Below are positions 14,866 through 24,431 of a stretch of DNA of 34,832 bases, piece by piece; positions within the stretch are counted from its first letter, which is position 1, and each line of letters begins with the position of its first letter. The position numbers and the translations under genes were made by a program. The DNA comes from Chloroflexota bacterium (GTDB lineage: Bacteria; Chloroflexota; Limnocylindria; Limnocylindrales; CSP1-4): the NCBI GenBank assembly GCA_015661135.1, contig JACVXW010000001.1, positions 1 through 34,832 of the forward strand, in the 5' to 3' direction. Below the pieces are notes generated by a model, which saw nothing but the letters and a program-made list of their open reading frames with translations, was not told where the DNA came from and searched no databases.

Positions 14866-16253
14866 GGGGCGTCCTTTTCGGGATCGCGCAGCCGCGGGTC
14901 ATCCACGAGCCGCCGGCGCGCCTCGCCGACAAGGTACAGCGACCCGGCAACCACCACCGGTCCGGGCCGGCCGGAGGGGGCCGGCCTGAGCGCGGTGTCG
15001 AGTGCCGCGCCCGGGTCAGCGATGGCGCGGACGTCGTGGATCCCGGCCGCTCCACCGAGAGCGGTCCAGCGCGCGGCGAGGGCCGCGGCAGGCAACGCGC
15101 GCGGGACGTTCAGGGACGTACAGATGACGCTCGCCCCGGCGACCGCCCGGGACGCGGCGAGAGCCCGAATCACGCCGTCCGTGTCCTTGTCGGCCATCGA
15201 GGCGATGACGAGCGTGAGCGGTGCCGCATCCGGCGCGGAGCCACCCTCGAGAAACGGACGCAGGTCGTCAAGGGCCTGGGCCAGGGCGGCCGCTCCGGCC
15301 GGGTTGTGCGCGCCGTCGAGGAGCACGTCCCGATCCGCAACCTGAAGGAGCTCCAGCCGGCCGGGCCACGTCGCGGTCGCGTACCCCGCGCGCCTGGCCG
15401 CCATGTCCGTGGACGCGATGCCGGCCTCGTGGAGGGCGTCGAGGACCGCATCCGCAACGGCGACGTTGGCCGCCTGGTGGCGCCCCCGCAGGCCGACCCT
15501 GGCCCGTCCGAGCCCCGGCAGCATCACTTCGATCCCGTCCCGGTCCCAGCCGAGCAGTGTCGCCGGTGCCACTTCACGCAGCGGGACATCCAGGCGCCGG
15601 GCGCGTCGCCGAACAACGGCCAGCCCGTCGCCATCCGCGCCGGTCACGGCGAGGTCGTCGCGCTCGATGATCGCCGCCTTCTCGCGGGCGATCGCCGTGA
15701 CCGTGTCCCCCAGCCACTCCATGTGATCGAGGGCCACGTTCGTGATGACGGCCACGCCACCGTCCCACGTATGCGTGGCATCGAGACGTCCGCCGAGGCC
15801 GACCTCGACGAGCGCGAGGTCGATCCCCTCCTCCGCGAACCAGCGGAAGATGACCGCGGTCAGGAGCTCGAACTCTGTGGGGTCGCCGTGGCGACGGGCA
15901 ATTCGGTCGGCGGCGGTCAGCGCCGCCGCGACGAGCCGGCTGAACGTCGCCGGATCCACGGGCTGCCCGTCAATCACGAGGCGCTCGCGGTACGAGACGA
16001 GGTGTGGCTTGGGGGTCTCGCCGACCCGATGGCCGGCCGCGCGCAGGGCACTCCCGGCGAGGGCCAGGACGCTGCCCTTGCCGTTCGTGCCGGCAACGAG
16101 TGCGCCTCGGAAGGCGAGCTGTGGATCGCCGAGTTCGCGAAGGAGCGCCCGGGTCCGCCCGAGTCCCAGCCGAATGCCGAACCGGCCACGGGCCTGGAGC
16201 GCCCGCACGGCCCGGCCGTAGTCGCGGTTCGCGGCCTCGCCGGAGCCGGTCAA
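14862..16253 (-). CDS. folC: bifunctional folylpolyglutamate synthase / dihydrofolate synthase
   Basis: The P-loop is VAGTNGKGS, and the Mur-ligase middle and C-terminal domains are present (EVGLGGRLDATH, DGAHNP). The start is placed at TTG 16253-16251, which overlaps the upstream stop as TTGA. The track start at 16286 would overlap the upstream gene by 37 nt. Confidence 0.85.
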   Translation of the reverse strand: MTGSGEAANRDYGRAVRALQARGRFGIRLGLGRTRALLRELGDPQLAFRGALVAGTNGKGSVLALAGSALRAAGHRVGETPKPHLVSYRERLVIDGQPVDPATFSRLVAAALTAADRIARRHGDPTEFELLTAVIFRWFAEEGIDLALVEVGLGGRLDATHTWDGGVAVITNVALDHMEWLGDTVTAIAREKAAIIERDDLAVTGADGDGLAVVRRRARRLDVPLREVAPATLLGWDRDGIEVMLPGLGRARVGLRGRHQAANVAVADAVLDALHEAGIASTDMAARRAGYATATWPGRLELLQVADRDVLLDGAHNPAGAAALAQALDDLRPFLEGGSAPDAAPLTLVIASMADKDTDGVIRALAASRAVAGASVICTSLNVPRALPAAALAARWTALGGAAGIHDVRAIADPGAALDTALRPAPSGRPGPVVVAGSLYLVGEARRRLVDDPRLRDPEKDAP

Positions 16254-16732
16254 CTGGCCGTCAGGTCTTCCTCGTAGAAGACGCACTGGTTGAACCGCGG
16301 GGCGAGGCAGACGTCGTTGACGTACCCCTGCTCCATGTGAACGCCACCGCGCAGCTGACAGCGCGAGGTCGTGGCGTCCTGGCGCACCAGGGCCTTCAGG
16401 AGGTGCGGCGCGTGGATGGGGATCGCCCCCCTCGCCCCCGTCATGTAGAAGTGCGGGCAGACGTTCCGGCGCAGGTTCGGAAGGCCGAAGGCACGGGCAC
16501 GGGCAAGGTCCGCGCCGGAGCGTCCGAGCCCGCTACCCCACGATCCGCCGCCCATGACCGGGCCGGTGCTCACGACCGGCACCGCGGCTCGCCCGGGATC
16601 GGAAGACAACCCCGTCGTCGGCCCCGCTGCCGGTCGCCCGACGGCTGCGAGCGTGGGAACGCGGGCGATAGGCCCGAGGCCGAACGCGGGGCGCCTGTCC
16701 GCCCGTCCATGTCGGGGGTCGCGGCTGCTCAC
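16250..16732 (-). CDS. hypothetical protein with disordered N-terminal half and conserved-looking Cys-containing C-terminal domain
   Basis: Third-position GC is high and the C-terminal 75 aa have a balanced composition (NVCPHFYMTGARGAIPIHAPHLLKALVRQDATTSRCQLRGGVHMEQGYVNDVCLAPRFNQCVFYEED). The stop is coupled to folC. GTG 16732 is preceded by AGGAGG, and ATG 16555 is an alternative start. Confidence 0.55.
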   Translation of the reverse strand: MSSRDPRHGRADRRPAFGLGPIARVPTLAAVGRPAAGPTTGLSSDPGRAAVPVVSTGPVMGGGSWGSGLGRSGADLARARAFGLPNLRRNVCPHFYMTGARGAIPIHAPHLLKALVRQDATTSRCQLRGGVHMEQGYVNDVCLAPRFNQCVFYEEDLTAS

Positions 16733-16849
16733 TCATCCTCCTGCGGTCCGCCGGTCTCCATGGAGCACCGGGCCGCATCAGCGTACACCGCTCCGACCAG
16801 GGAACATTACGACCGTCCAGTTCGGCCCGGCGATTCGGGTCGATGATCC

Positions 16850-18070
16850 GTGCGACGATACGGGCAGATGACGCCCCGTCGCGGCGGACGCACCTCGCAC
16901 GTCCGACCCCGCCCCCCGAGCACGGGCCGCCCCTCGGCGCAGCGGGTTCGTGTGCCCACGCCTGACGCCTACCGGCTCAAGCAGGCGCGCGGGCTCGAAC
17001 GGCGCCGGCGCGGCATCCCCCTCGCTGCCCGTCTTCTCCTGATCGTCGCGGTCGTGGCGCTCGGGGGCGTGGTGTTCGTGACCGCAGGCGGCGGGATCGG
17101 GTCCCTGGTGCGAATCGTCAGCGCCTCGCTGAGCGGGTTCGTGGACGACATCACGGCGACGCCGACGCCGGCGTCGTCGGTCCTCGTCGTGGCGGACGCA
17201 CCGATCATCGCCGCGCCCGCGGAGCCATACACGAACCAGCCCCGGGTGGATCTCGAGATCACGGTTCCGGACTCCATCGTCGGTGACCCGAGCATTCACG
17301 TCCGCGTCTACCTGACCCTCGAAGGCCAGGCACCGGCGCCGATCGCCGAGCAACCGGTGGGCTCGACCGTCCACCTTATCATCCCGGTCGACCTGACGGC
17401 GGGCCGAAACGACATCCACGCGACGATCATCGAGACCGGCATCGAGTCGGAGGCCTCACCGGTCGTCACCTTCATCCTGGACCTGGAACCGCCCGCGTTC
17501 ATCCTGAGCGCACCGGAGAGCGGCGCGACGATCAATCGGTCCACGGTCGACATCACCGGCTCGACCCAACCACGGACGACGCTGCTGGCGCGCAACGAGG
17601 CAAATGGGACGTCGGTCTCTGGCCTTGCCGGAAACGACGGCGTCTTCGCCCTCAGCCTGCCGCTGGAACCCGGACCGAACGGGGTCCGCATCACCGGCGT
17701 CGATCCGGCCGGCAACTCGGGCGAGCTGATCATCTCCGTGACCCGCGGGAGCGGGACATTGACCTCAACCCTGACGGCATCGGCCTACCAGATCTCGGTG
17801 GCATCGATGCCGGTGTCGCTCCAGTTGACCGTCCTCGTCACGGACCCGGACGGCACTCCCCTGGAGGCCGCCGCGGTCACGTTCACGCTGACCGTCCCGG
17901 GCATTCAGCCGATCTCGAAGGAGGCGACCACGGCCGGCGACGGCCGGGCCTCGTTCACGACCACCCTTCCGTCCGGGGTGACTGCGGGTGCCGGTCTCGC
18001 AACCGTCCTCGTGAGCACGACCGACTTCGGCTCCACGTCGGCCCAGAAGACGATCACGATCGTCCAGTAG
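16850..18070 (+). CDS. membrane-anchored extracellular protein with Ig-like beta-sandwich repeats
   Basis: A basic N-terminus is followed by one TM helix (LAARLLLIVAVVALGGVVFV) and then repeated beta-rich Thr/Val segments (VDITGST..., VRITGVDPAGNSG..., VLVTDPDGTPL...TFTLT). ATG 16868 is an alternative start. Confidence 0.65.
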   Translation: MRRYGQMTPRRGGRTSHVRPRPPSTGRPSAQRVRVPTPDAYRLKQARGLERRRRGIPLAARLLLIVAVVALGGVVFVTAGGGIGSLVRIVSASLSGFVDDITATPTPASSVLVVADAPIIAAPAEPYTNQPRVDLEITVPDSIVGDPSIHVRVYLTLEGQAPAPIAEQPVGSTVHLIIPVDLTAGRNDIHATIIETGIESEASPVVTFILDLEPPAFILSAPESGATINRSTVDITGSTQPRTTLLARNEANGTSVSGLAGNDGVFALSLPLEPGPNGVRITGVDPAGNSGELIISVTRGSGTLTSTLTASAYQISVASMPVSLQLTVLVTDPDGTPLEAAAVTFTLTVPGIQPISKEATTAGDGRASFTTTLPSGVTAGAGLATVLVSTTDFGSTSAQKTITIVQ

Positions 18071-18103
18071 CCCGCCCGCCGGAATCGGGGTCGACGGGCG
18101 GGC
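18070..18103 (+). terminator. GC-rich hairpin immediately after the Ig-like protein gene
   Basis: GCCCGCCCGCCG (18070-18081) pairs with CGACGGGCGGGC (18092-18103) around a 10-nt loop, with one mismatch in 12 bp. The U-tract is weak. Confidence 0.45.
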
Positions 18104-18125
18104 CATTCGCAGCTACCATGCGGGC

Positions 18126-18566
18126 ATGCCGGTCTGGCGGTGCCCCCACTGCGGCACGCCCCAGGCGGAGACGGCCCGGTGCTGGGTCTGCCGCCGTTCT
18201 TCGACCACCTGTTCGACCTGTCGGAACTTCTGTCGCTCGGTCGCGACCGAGGTCGGCTACTGCGGCCTGGATCGGCGGCGGATCCCCCTCACCGGGACCG
18301 AGCTGCGCGGCTGCTGGACGCCCGGTGTCGCGCGGAGCCCGGGGGGCTCGGCGGTGCCGGTCGCGCTTGAACCGTCCGAGCCACCCTCTCCGGCCCACCG
18401 TCTGCGCGACTTCGTACCGGTGGAACTGGTTCGGCGGGGCGCGGTCGCCCAACGTCGTGCCGCGCCGTCCAGCCGGGTTCCGGCACTGGCCACCGTGGAG
18501 ATGACCGGGGATCCGGCTCCCGCCTGGACGGATCGCGTCACGCTCTTCGCGGAGGGTGAGTTCTGA
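18126..18566 (+). CDS. Cys-rich zinc-ribbon protein, uncharacterised
   Basis: WRCPHCG...CWVCRRSSTTCSTCRNFC contains three CxxC pairs in the first 32 aa. Third-position GC in this frame is strong. Confidence 0.6.
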   Translation: MPVWRCPHCGTPQAETARCWVCRRSSTTCSTCRNFCRSVATEVGYCGLDRRRIPLTGTELRGCWTPGVARSPGGSAVPVALEPSEPPSPAHRLRDFVPVELVRRGAVAQRRAAPSSRVPALATVEMTGDPAPAWTDRVTLFAEGEF

Positions 18567-18569
18567 CCC

Positions 18570-20513
18570 TTACGGCCCGGGCGGGCACGTTGCGAGAGAT
18601 GCCGGGTCATAGGCGGTCAGATCCACCGAGGATCCGAACGGCCGATTGGTGCCCGGCGCCGGGGACTGGGCGGTGACGATCCACGTCCCATCCGGAGTGC
18701 CGGCCGGAAGCGCGGTGACACTTCCGAGGATGAAGCCGTCGCCCTCCAACGCGGTCGAAGCGTCGGCCAGGGTCATGCACAGGTATGACCCGACGTTGCG
18801 CGGCCCGGGCGTGGGCGCGGGTGTGGGCTCCGATGTGGGGGAGGGGCTCGGTGACGGCGAGGGAGACGCCGACGGCGTGGGCTCCGGGCCCTTCGAGACG
18901 ACGTAGTTCACGGCGAGGCCCTGGGTCACCACGACACCCGGGACCGGGTCCTGGCTGACCACGGAGCCGATCGGCATCAATGGGTCAAACGCCTCTGAGC
19001 GCGTACCGATGGTCAGCTTGGCAGCGGCAATCAGGTTCAGGGCCTCACTCTCGGGCTTTCCACGAAGGTCCGGCACGGCGACGGTCTGGTCGCCGAGCGC
19101 GAGGGTCAGCTCGATCGTTGTCTTGGGGTCCACGGTCGTCCCGGCGGCCGGGTCCTGGGCCAGCACCGTTCCATCCGGCTTGTCGGACGCTTCGAACGCC
19201 TTTCGAACGACCACGAGATCCGCGTCCCTGGCGGCGGACAGCGCCTGGTCGTAGCTCATCCCGACGAAATTCGGCGTCTCGACCTGCTGCGGCGTGGGGG
19301 CCGGCTCGCCCGACAGCAGACGGAAGACGAGGAAGGCGGCCAGGCCCAGGATCGCGAGCGCCAGGGCGCCGGAGACCCACAGCCACGGGCTGCTGCGCGA
19401 GCCGGCCTCGCCGTCCTCCGGGCGCTCGTCCGCATCATCGGGACCTCGTCGACCGGCTCCCACCGGCCGTTGCCGGGCGGGAGGGTCCACCGCGGCGTAG
19501 GCGTCGGGCTCGTAGGGGACCCGTGCCCCCGGGTTCGGCCTTGCGCTGCCGGCCAGGGTCCGGTCGCTGACCGGGCCGGCGTCAACAGCTTCGCTCTTTG
19601 ACGGGACAGCGGCCCCGCCCGCTGCACCGCTCGCTGCGGCACCCGCCCCGGCCGCTGAGCCAGCGGCAGCGCCCTGCTCGGCGAGGTACCGATCGAGGGC
19701 GTCCGCCATCTCCGCGGCCGAACCGAAGCGCGCCTCGGGCGCGAGGGCCATGGCCTTCCGCGCGATCGCCTCCAGGGTGGGCGGCACGCTCGGACGAATG
19801 GCCGACGGGCTGGGCACGGTGCCCGTGAGCCGGGCCGTCGCGATCGCTGCCGCGCTGTCGCCCTCCCAGGGGCGGCGGCCCGTCAGGAGCTCGTACAGGA
19901 CGATGCCGAGGCTGTAGATGTCCGATGCGGGCGTCGTGGGCTCACCGCGTGCCTGCTCGGGGCTGAAGTAGTGCACGGAACCGAGCGTGGTGCCGGGGAG
20001 CGTCAGGGCCGCCTCCGCGATGGCCCGGGCGATCCCGAAGTCGGCAACCTTCACCTGGCCCTCCCGGGTCACGAGGATGTTGCCGGGCTTGATGTCCCGA
20101 TGGACGAAGCCCCGCTCGTGGGCCGCGGCGATCGCTCGGGCGGCCTGCCCGGCGAGGCGGGCAGCCTGGCGCGGGGGCAGCGCGCCGCTTCGCCGGATGA
20201 TCGAGGCGAGGTCCTCGCCATCCACCAGCTCCATCACGATGAACGGGCCTACCGCGTCCGTCCCGTAGTCGTAGACCGCCACGACGCCGGGGTCGTTGAG
20301 CGACGCCGCCGACTGCGCCTCCTGGCGGAACCGGGCGAAGAAATCGGGGTCGCGTCCGTACTCCGGCCGGAGCACCTTGACGGCGACGTCGCGCTCGAGC
20401 TGGCCGTCGTGGGCCCGGTAGATCGTCGCCATGCCACCCTGTCCGAGCAGCTCGATCAGGCGATACCGCCCGCCCAGCACACTACCGATATCCGCCACTC
20501 GATCCTCCGTCAC
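18570..20513 (-). CDS. pknB: PASTA-domain Ser/Thr protein kinase (PknB-like)
   Basis: The kinase motifs are GQGGMATIY, VAVK, HRDIKPGNIL, DFG and SPEQ. After them come a Pro/Ala-rich linker, one TM helix and three PASTA-like repeats. Confidence 0.9.
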   Translation of the reverse strand: MTEDRVADIGSVLGGRYRLIELLGQGGMATIYRAHDGQLERDVAVKVLRPEYGRDPDFFARFRQEAQSAASLNDPGVVAVYDYGTDAVGPFIVMELVDGEDLASIIRRSGALPPRQAARLAGQAARAIAAAHERGFVHRDIKPGNILVTREGQVKVADFGIARAIAEAALTLPGTTLGSVHYFSPEQARGEPTTPASDIYSLGIVLYELLTGRRPWEGDSAAAIATARLTGTVPSPSAIRPSVPPTLEAIARKAMALAPEARFGSAAEMADALDRYLAEQGAAAGSAAGAGAAASGAAGGAAVPSKSEAVDAGPVSDRTLAGSARPNPGARVPYEPDAYAAVDPPARQRPVGAGRRGPDDADERPEDGEAGSRSSPWLWVSGALALAILGLAAFLVFRLLSGEPAPTPQQVETPNFVGMSYDQALSAARDADLVVVRKAFEASDKPDGTVLAQDPAAGTTVDPKTTIELTLALGDQTVAVPDLRGKPESEALNLIAAAKLTIGTRSEAFDPLMPIGSVVSQDPVPGVVVTQGLAVNYVVSKGPEPTPSASPSPSPSPSPTSEPTPAPTPGPRNVGSYLCMTLADASTALEGDGFILGSVTALPAGTPDGTWIVTAQSPAPGTNRPFGSSVDLTAYDPASLATCPPGP

Positions 20514-20647
20514 GGTTGCCCGCCGCTCCGGCGCGTGCGCCGGCCGCGGGGCATCGTAGCGTACGACGCGTGGCAGCCCGGGCCGCGTGACTCGGGCGCG
20601 TCGGGCCGCGCCAAGACGACCGGCCGCGTCGGCCCCGGCAGACGCGT

Positions 20648-21524
20648 CTAGAGATCCAGGGTCCGGAGGTGCTCCCGGAATTCGACCGCGAGGTCCGCCC
20701 GATTGAGCGCCAGCTCGACGGTGGCCTTGAGCCAGCCCATCGTGGTCCCGGCGTCGTAGCGCGTGCCCTCGAACTCGTAGGCGTAGACCGACTGCTCGGC
20801 CATGAGGGCCTCGATGGCGTCCGTGAGCTGGATCTCACCCCCCGCACCGCGCTGGGTCTGCTCGAGCTTGTCAAAGATCTTGGGCGTCAGGACGTACCGG
20901 CCGATCACCGCGAGCGTGGACGGGGCACTGCCGGGCTTGGGCTTCTCGACGATCCGGTTCACCCGATGGAGACGCGCGTCATGACCGGTCTCGGTAGGGT
21001 CCGTGCCCACGATCCCGTAGCGCGAGGTCTCCTCCTCCGGAACCTGGGCCACCGCGACGACCGACGCGTGCGTCTGCTGGTACGCGTGGATGAGCTGCCC
21101 GATCGCCGGGCGATCCGCCACCACGACATCATCCGGGAGCAACACCGCGAACGGCTCGTGGCCGATGAGGTCCTTCGCCATGAGCACCGCGTGGCCGAGG
21201 CCGAGCTGCTCCTTCTGGCGGACGTACGCGATCTGGGCGAGATCGCTGATCGCCCGTACCTGGCGCAGCTTCTCGATCTCCCCCTTGTCTTCGAGCAGGT
21301 GCTCCAGTTCGAACGAGAGATCGAAGTGGTCCTCGATCGCCCGCTTCTGGCTGGAGGTGACGATGATCACCTGCTCGATGCCGGCGGCGACCGCCTCTTC
21401 GACGGCGTACTGGATGATCGGCTTGTCGACGAGGGGCAGCATTTCCTTGGGCTGTGCCTTGGTCGCGGGGAGGAATCGGGTGCCCCAGCCGGCTGCCGGG
21501 AAGACCGCTTTTCGGACGCGCATG
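20648..21524 (-). CDS. galU: UTP--glucose-1-phosphate uridylyltransferase
   Basis: [35 protein letters not shown]...LGLGHAV...VEKP...GRYVL matches GalU. ATG 21524 is preceded by AAGGGG. The 5-prime extension in the track (to 21973) overlaps the upstream gene and is rejected. Confidence 0.95.
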
Positions 21525-21603
21525 ACACCCCTTGGGGCGGTTGACTTGGCGGACCCTGAGGATACCACCGGCCTCCCAGCAGGAGCCTGACGGTACCTGA
21601 TCG

Positions 21604-22353
21604 TCAGCCGGGGAGTCGTTCGGCGAAGGTCCGGACGGCGTCGGCGAAGTCGGCCGGGCGATCCAGCGGTGACAGGTGCGTGGAGAGGCGGAACGTCCGC
21701 CGCTCGACGTTTGGCAGGCCCCGCAGGAAGGACCGCTCGCCGATCCGGAAGACAAGATCGAGCTCGCCATTGATCACGAGAATCGGCCCGCCGAAGGCGA
21801 CGAGGCGATCCCGGAACCGCCCCTGCACCAATGTCCGGACGCCGGCCGATCCGCCGACGGACCAGTACCCGCCGGCGATGAGGGGCTCTGCGACCTCGGG
21901 CGGGTAACGCCGCCGGAAGATCCAGTCGTTGAGGGCATCGACCGGCTGCCGTGGGGCGACCGCAAGGGCCCACGCGTACAGGCGGAAGATGTGGGCGGTC
22001 AGGCCGCTCGGCTCGGCCGAGGATCCGGCCAGGACGAGACCACGGGCGCGCTCCGGCGAGCGCGCCGCCGTGACCATGGCGACGTAGCCGCCCAGCGACA
22101 GGCCGACGACGATCGCCCGTCCGTCATCCGCCTCGGCGATCGCGGCATCCACGACGCCCGCCGCCGCCTCCAGCGAGAACGGCTCGTCGGCCCGGGCGCC
22201 GTGCCCGGGCAGGTCCACCGCGATGCATCGGAATGTGTCGGCGAGCCGGGAGGTGATCGGCCCCCACATGCTCTTCGTCACGCGCGATCCGTGGATGAAG
22301 ACGATCACGGGTCCGTCCGGCGGTCCGCTCCGCTCGGTCGCGCCCAGGATCAC
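21604..22353 (-). CDS. alpha/beta-fold hydrolase
   Basis: VIVFIHG and the nucleophile elbow GLSLGG are present. The GTG start overlaps the EamA stop as GTGA. Confidence 0.85.
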   Translation of the reverse strand: MILGATERSGPPDGPVIVFIHGSRVTKSMWGPITSRLADTFRCIAVDLPGHGARADEPFSLEAAAGVVDAAIAEADDGRAIVVGLSLGGYVAMVTAARSPERARGLVLAGSSAEPSGLTAHIFRLYAWALAVAPRQPVDALNDWIFRRRYPPEVAEPLIAGGYWSVGGSAGVRTLVQGRFRDRLVAFGGPILVINGELDLVFRIGERSFLRGLPNVERRTFRLSTHLSPLDRPADFADAVRTFAERLPG

Positions 22354-23339
22354 GGCCGCGTCTGGGTCACGGTCGCATCCATCGGCTCGGGCTCACCGGC
22401 AGGGCGAATCGCGGTTTCCGGGGACCCGCTTCGCTGGAGGATGACCGCCGCCGCCAGGATCGCCAGCCCGCCGGCGAGCTGGACCGGACCCACCGTCTCG
22501 GCGAGGAAGGCCGCCGCAAGGGCCACGCCGACGAGCGGTTCGAAGAGCATCAGGATGCCCGCCCGGACCGCCCCGATCCAGCGGATCCCGGCGAGGAACA
22601 GGAAGCTCGGGATCGCCGCGGCGAACAGGCCCGTGAAGACCACGAGCCCGAGGAGTTGCGGGTCGAGCAACGGTCCACGGAGGGCCAGCGCGCCGTCGAC
22701 CGCGACCGTCACGGCGCCGGCAATGACCGCCGCCCCGGCCAGGATCAGGCCCATCGCTTGATCGGTGGGGACGGTCCGGTAACCCCGCCGACTGACCAGC
22801 ACGAAAATTGCCTGGCTTACGCCTGCGGACAGGCTCAGGCCAACGCCGAGTGGATCCAGCCCGATCGCGGCGCCGGCGCCCGTCCCGCCGAGGACGACCG
22901 CCACCATGCCGCCGATCGCGATCGCGAGGGCGACGATCCGCCCCCTGTCCAGCCGCTCCCACCCGAGGACAGCCGATGCCCCGGCGACAAGCGCCGGGTA
23001 CAGGTAGAAGCAGAGCAGCGCGACCGCGATCGGGATGCGGGCGAAGGCGAGGAACATCGCGAGGTTGAGGGTCGTGCCCATGAGCGCCGCGACCGCGAGC
23101 GAGGCCCGGGCGCGTCTGTCCAGGGAGCTCCAGCGGACGAGACTGCCACCACGGCGCAGTCCCCAGACAATGAACAGGCCGCTGGCCACGGCGCCGACGC
23201 CGGCCCGCCAGGCGACGAACGCGAACGGGGTCAGCCCGAGCTCGTACGCCTGCCTCGACAGGACCCCCAGCAGGCCGAACAGGCTGGCCGACACCGCGAC
23301 CGTGAGGCTGCCAAGCAGCGGGCTGCGTCCGTGATCCAC
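22350..23339 (-). CDS. EamA/DMT-family transporter
   Basis: It has ten predicted TM helices in two EamA-like halves. The start is placed at GTG 23339, 27 nt after the upstream stop. The longer track ORF overlaps the upstream gene. Confidence 0.8.
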   Translation of the reverse strand: MDHGRSPLLGSLTVAVSASLFGLLGVLSRQAYELGLTPFAFVAWRAGVGAVASGLFIVWGLRRGGSLVRWSSLDRRARASLAVAALMGTTLNLAMFLAFARIPIAVALLCFYLYPALVAGASAVLGWERLDRGRIVALAIAIGGMVAVVLGGTGAGAAIGLDPLGVGLSLSAGVSQAIFVLVSRRGYRTVPTDQAMGLILAGAAVIAGAVTVAVDGALALRGPLLDPQLLGLVVFTGLFAAAIPSFLFLAGIRWIGAVRAGILMLFEPLVGVALAAAFLAETVGPVQLAGGLAILAAAVILQRSGSPETAIRPAGEPEPMDATVTQTRP

Positions 23340-23365
23340 GCCCTCATGGTACGGGGCGTCCGGGA

Positions 23366-24409
23366 TCAGCTCGGCTCGCGCTCCCGCCGGGCGACCCCGA
23401 GCTGTATACCGGTGAACGGGATCCGGAACTGGCGGAAGACCTCGATCGAGACGAGGAACCCGGCGAGCAGGAACACCACGGACAGCAGCTTGGCCACCGC
23501 GAACATCTCCGTCACCCCGAAGCGGTTCAGGCTGTCCCCGGCTGACGCGATGAACGCTCCAATCGCGATCAGGATCGTCGCGGGTACGCGGCTGTGCAGC
23601 CGTCCGGCGACCAGCTCCCTGGCGGCCCCGGGGAGGGAAACCACGAAGTTCACGGCGAGCGCGACCGGCGCGATCAGCAGGTTGAAGAGGAACTGGTCGC
23701 CGGGCTGACCCGGGTCCAGTGAGTACTCGAGGACGCGGCGCTTCGGCATGAAGACATAGGCCGAGAAGAGCGCCCAGAACAGGAGACTGAGTCCACCGGT
23801 CACGTTGAGGAACGGCGTGAGGAGACGAAGCGAGCCGGGGAAGAGCGAGGCGACCGGCTGGCCGGTTGCGGGATCGACAATGAAGCCTGGCGTCGGCAGC
23901 ACCACGGTGGCCATCAGCCCCAGCGACAGGATCGTCGCGCCCACGACGCCGACCGCGGCGATCCGTGGCCACCGCTCATTCTGGAAGTAGGTCTCCGCCG
24001 CGACCGCCAGTCCGAGCACCGCCGCAACGATGAAATACAGGATCGGTGCCGCCCCGGCGCCCTCGTAGTGGAACTTCGCCTGCGTCAGGAACGTGAACAG
24101 CCCGCCCAGGAGGAGCGTGAAGGCGTAGGCGTAGCCGAACCGCGTTCGACTGAGCAGGAAGGCCGTGCCGAGGCCCAGCCAACCCGGCGTCAGGACGGCG
24201 CCCGTCAGGTACCACGTGCGGTAGAGGGTCTCGCTCCAGCCGGCGGCACCTGCAATCGCCTCGCTCGCGGATCCGATCCCGAAGAGCGCCATGCCGATCG
24301 CCCAGGCCAGCTGAAACGTCTGGCGGCGGGTGCGCCACTGATCCAGCAGGGCGATCGCGAACACGAGCGCAAGGACCGCGGTGATGGTCGGCAGAAGCCA
24401 CGCGGTCAT
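23366..24409 (-). CDS. polytopic membrane protein, uncharacterised
   Basis: This 347-aa protein has about 10 hydrophobic helices and no motif I recognise. It lies in the same-strand cluster with the small Cys-containing protein upstream and the EamA transporter downstream. Confidence 0.65.
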   Translation of the reverse strand: MTAWLLPTITAVLALVFAIALLDQWRTRRQTFQLAWAIGMALFGIGSASEAIAGAAGWSETLYRTWYLTGAVLTPGWLGLGTAFLLSRTRFGYAYAFTLLLGGLFTFLTQAKFHYEGAGAAPILYFIVAAVLGLAVAAETYFQNERWPRIAAVGVVGATILSLGLMATVVLPTPGFIVDPATGQPVASLFPGSLRLLTPFLNVTGGLSLLFWALFSAYVFMPKRRVLEYSLDPGQPGDQFLFNLLIAPVALAVNFVVSLPGAARELVAGRLHSRVPATILIAIGAFIASAGDSLNRFGVTEMFAVAKLLSVVFLLAGFLVSIEVFRQFRIPFTGIQLGVARREREPS

Positions 24410-24431
24410 TCAGTCCTCCGGGGACTCGCGA

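Noticed and set aside
16733-16849. Possible folate-related riboswitch (ZTP/pfl or THF) upstream of the fol operon, prompted by CCGGCGGACCGC near the start
   Set aside because: I compared the region by eye with the conserved ZTP cores as I remember them (GGGUCGUGACUGGCG and CCGCCUGGGC). Only fragmentary resemblance was found, with no P1/P2/P3 architecture. An Infernal scan would be decisive.
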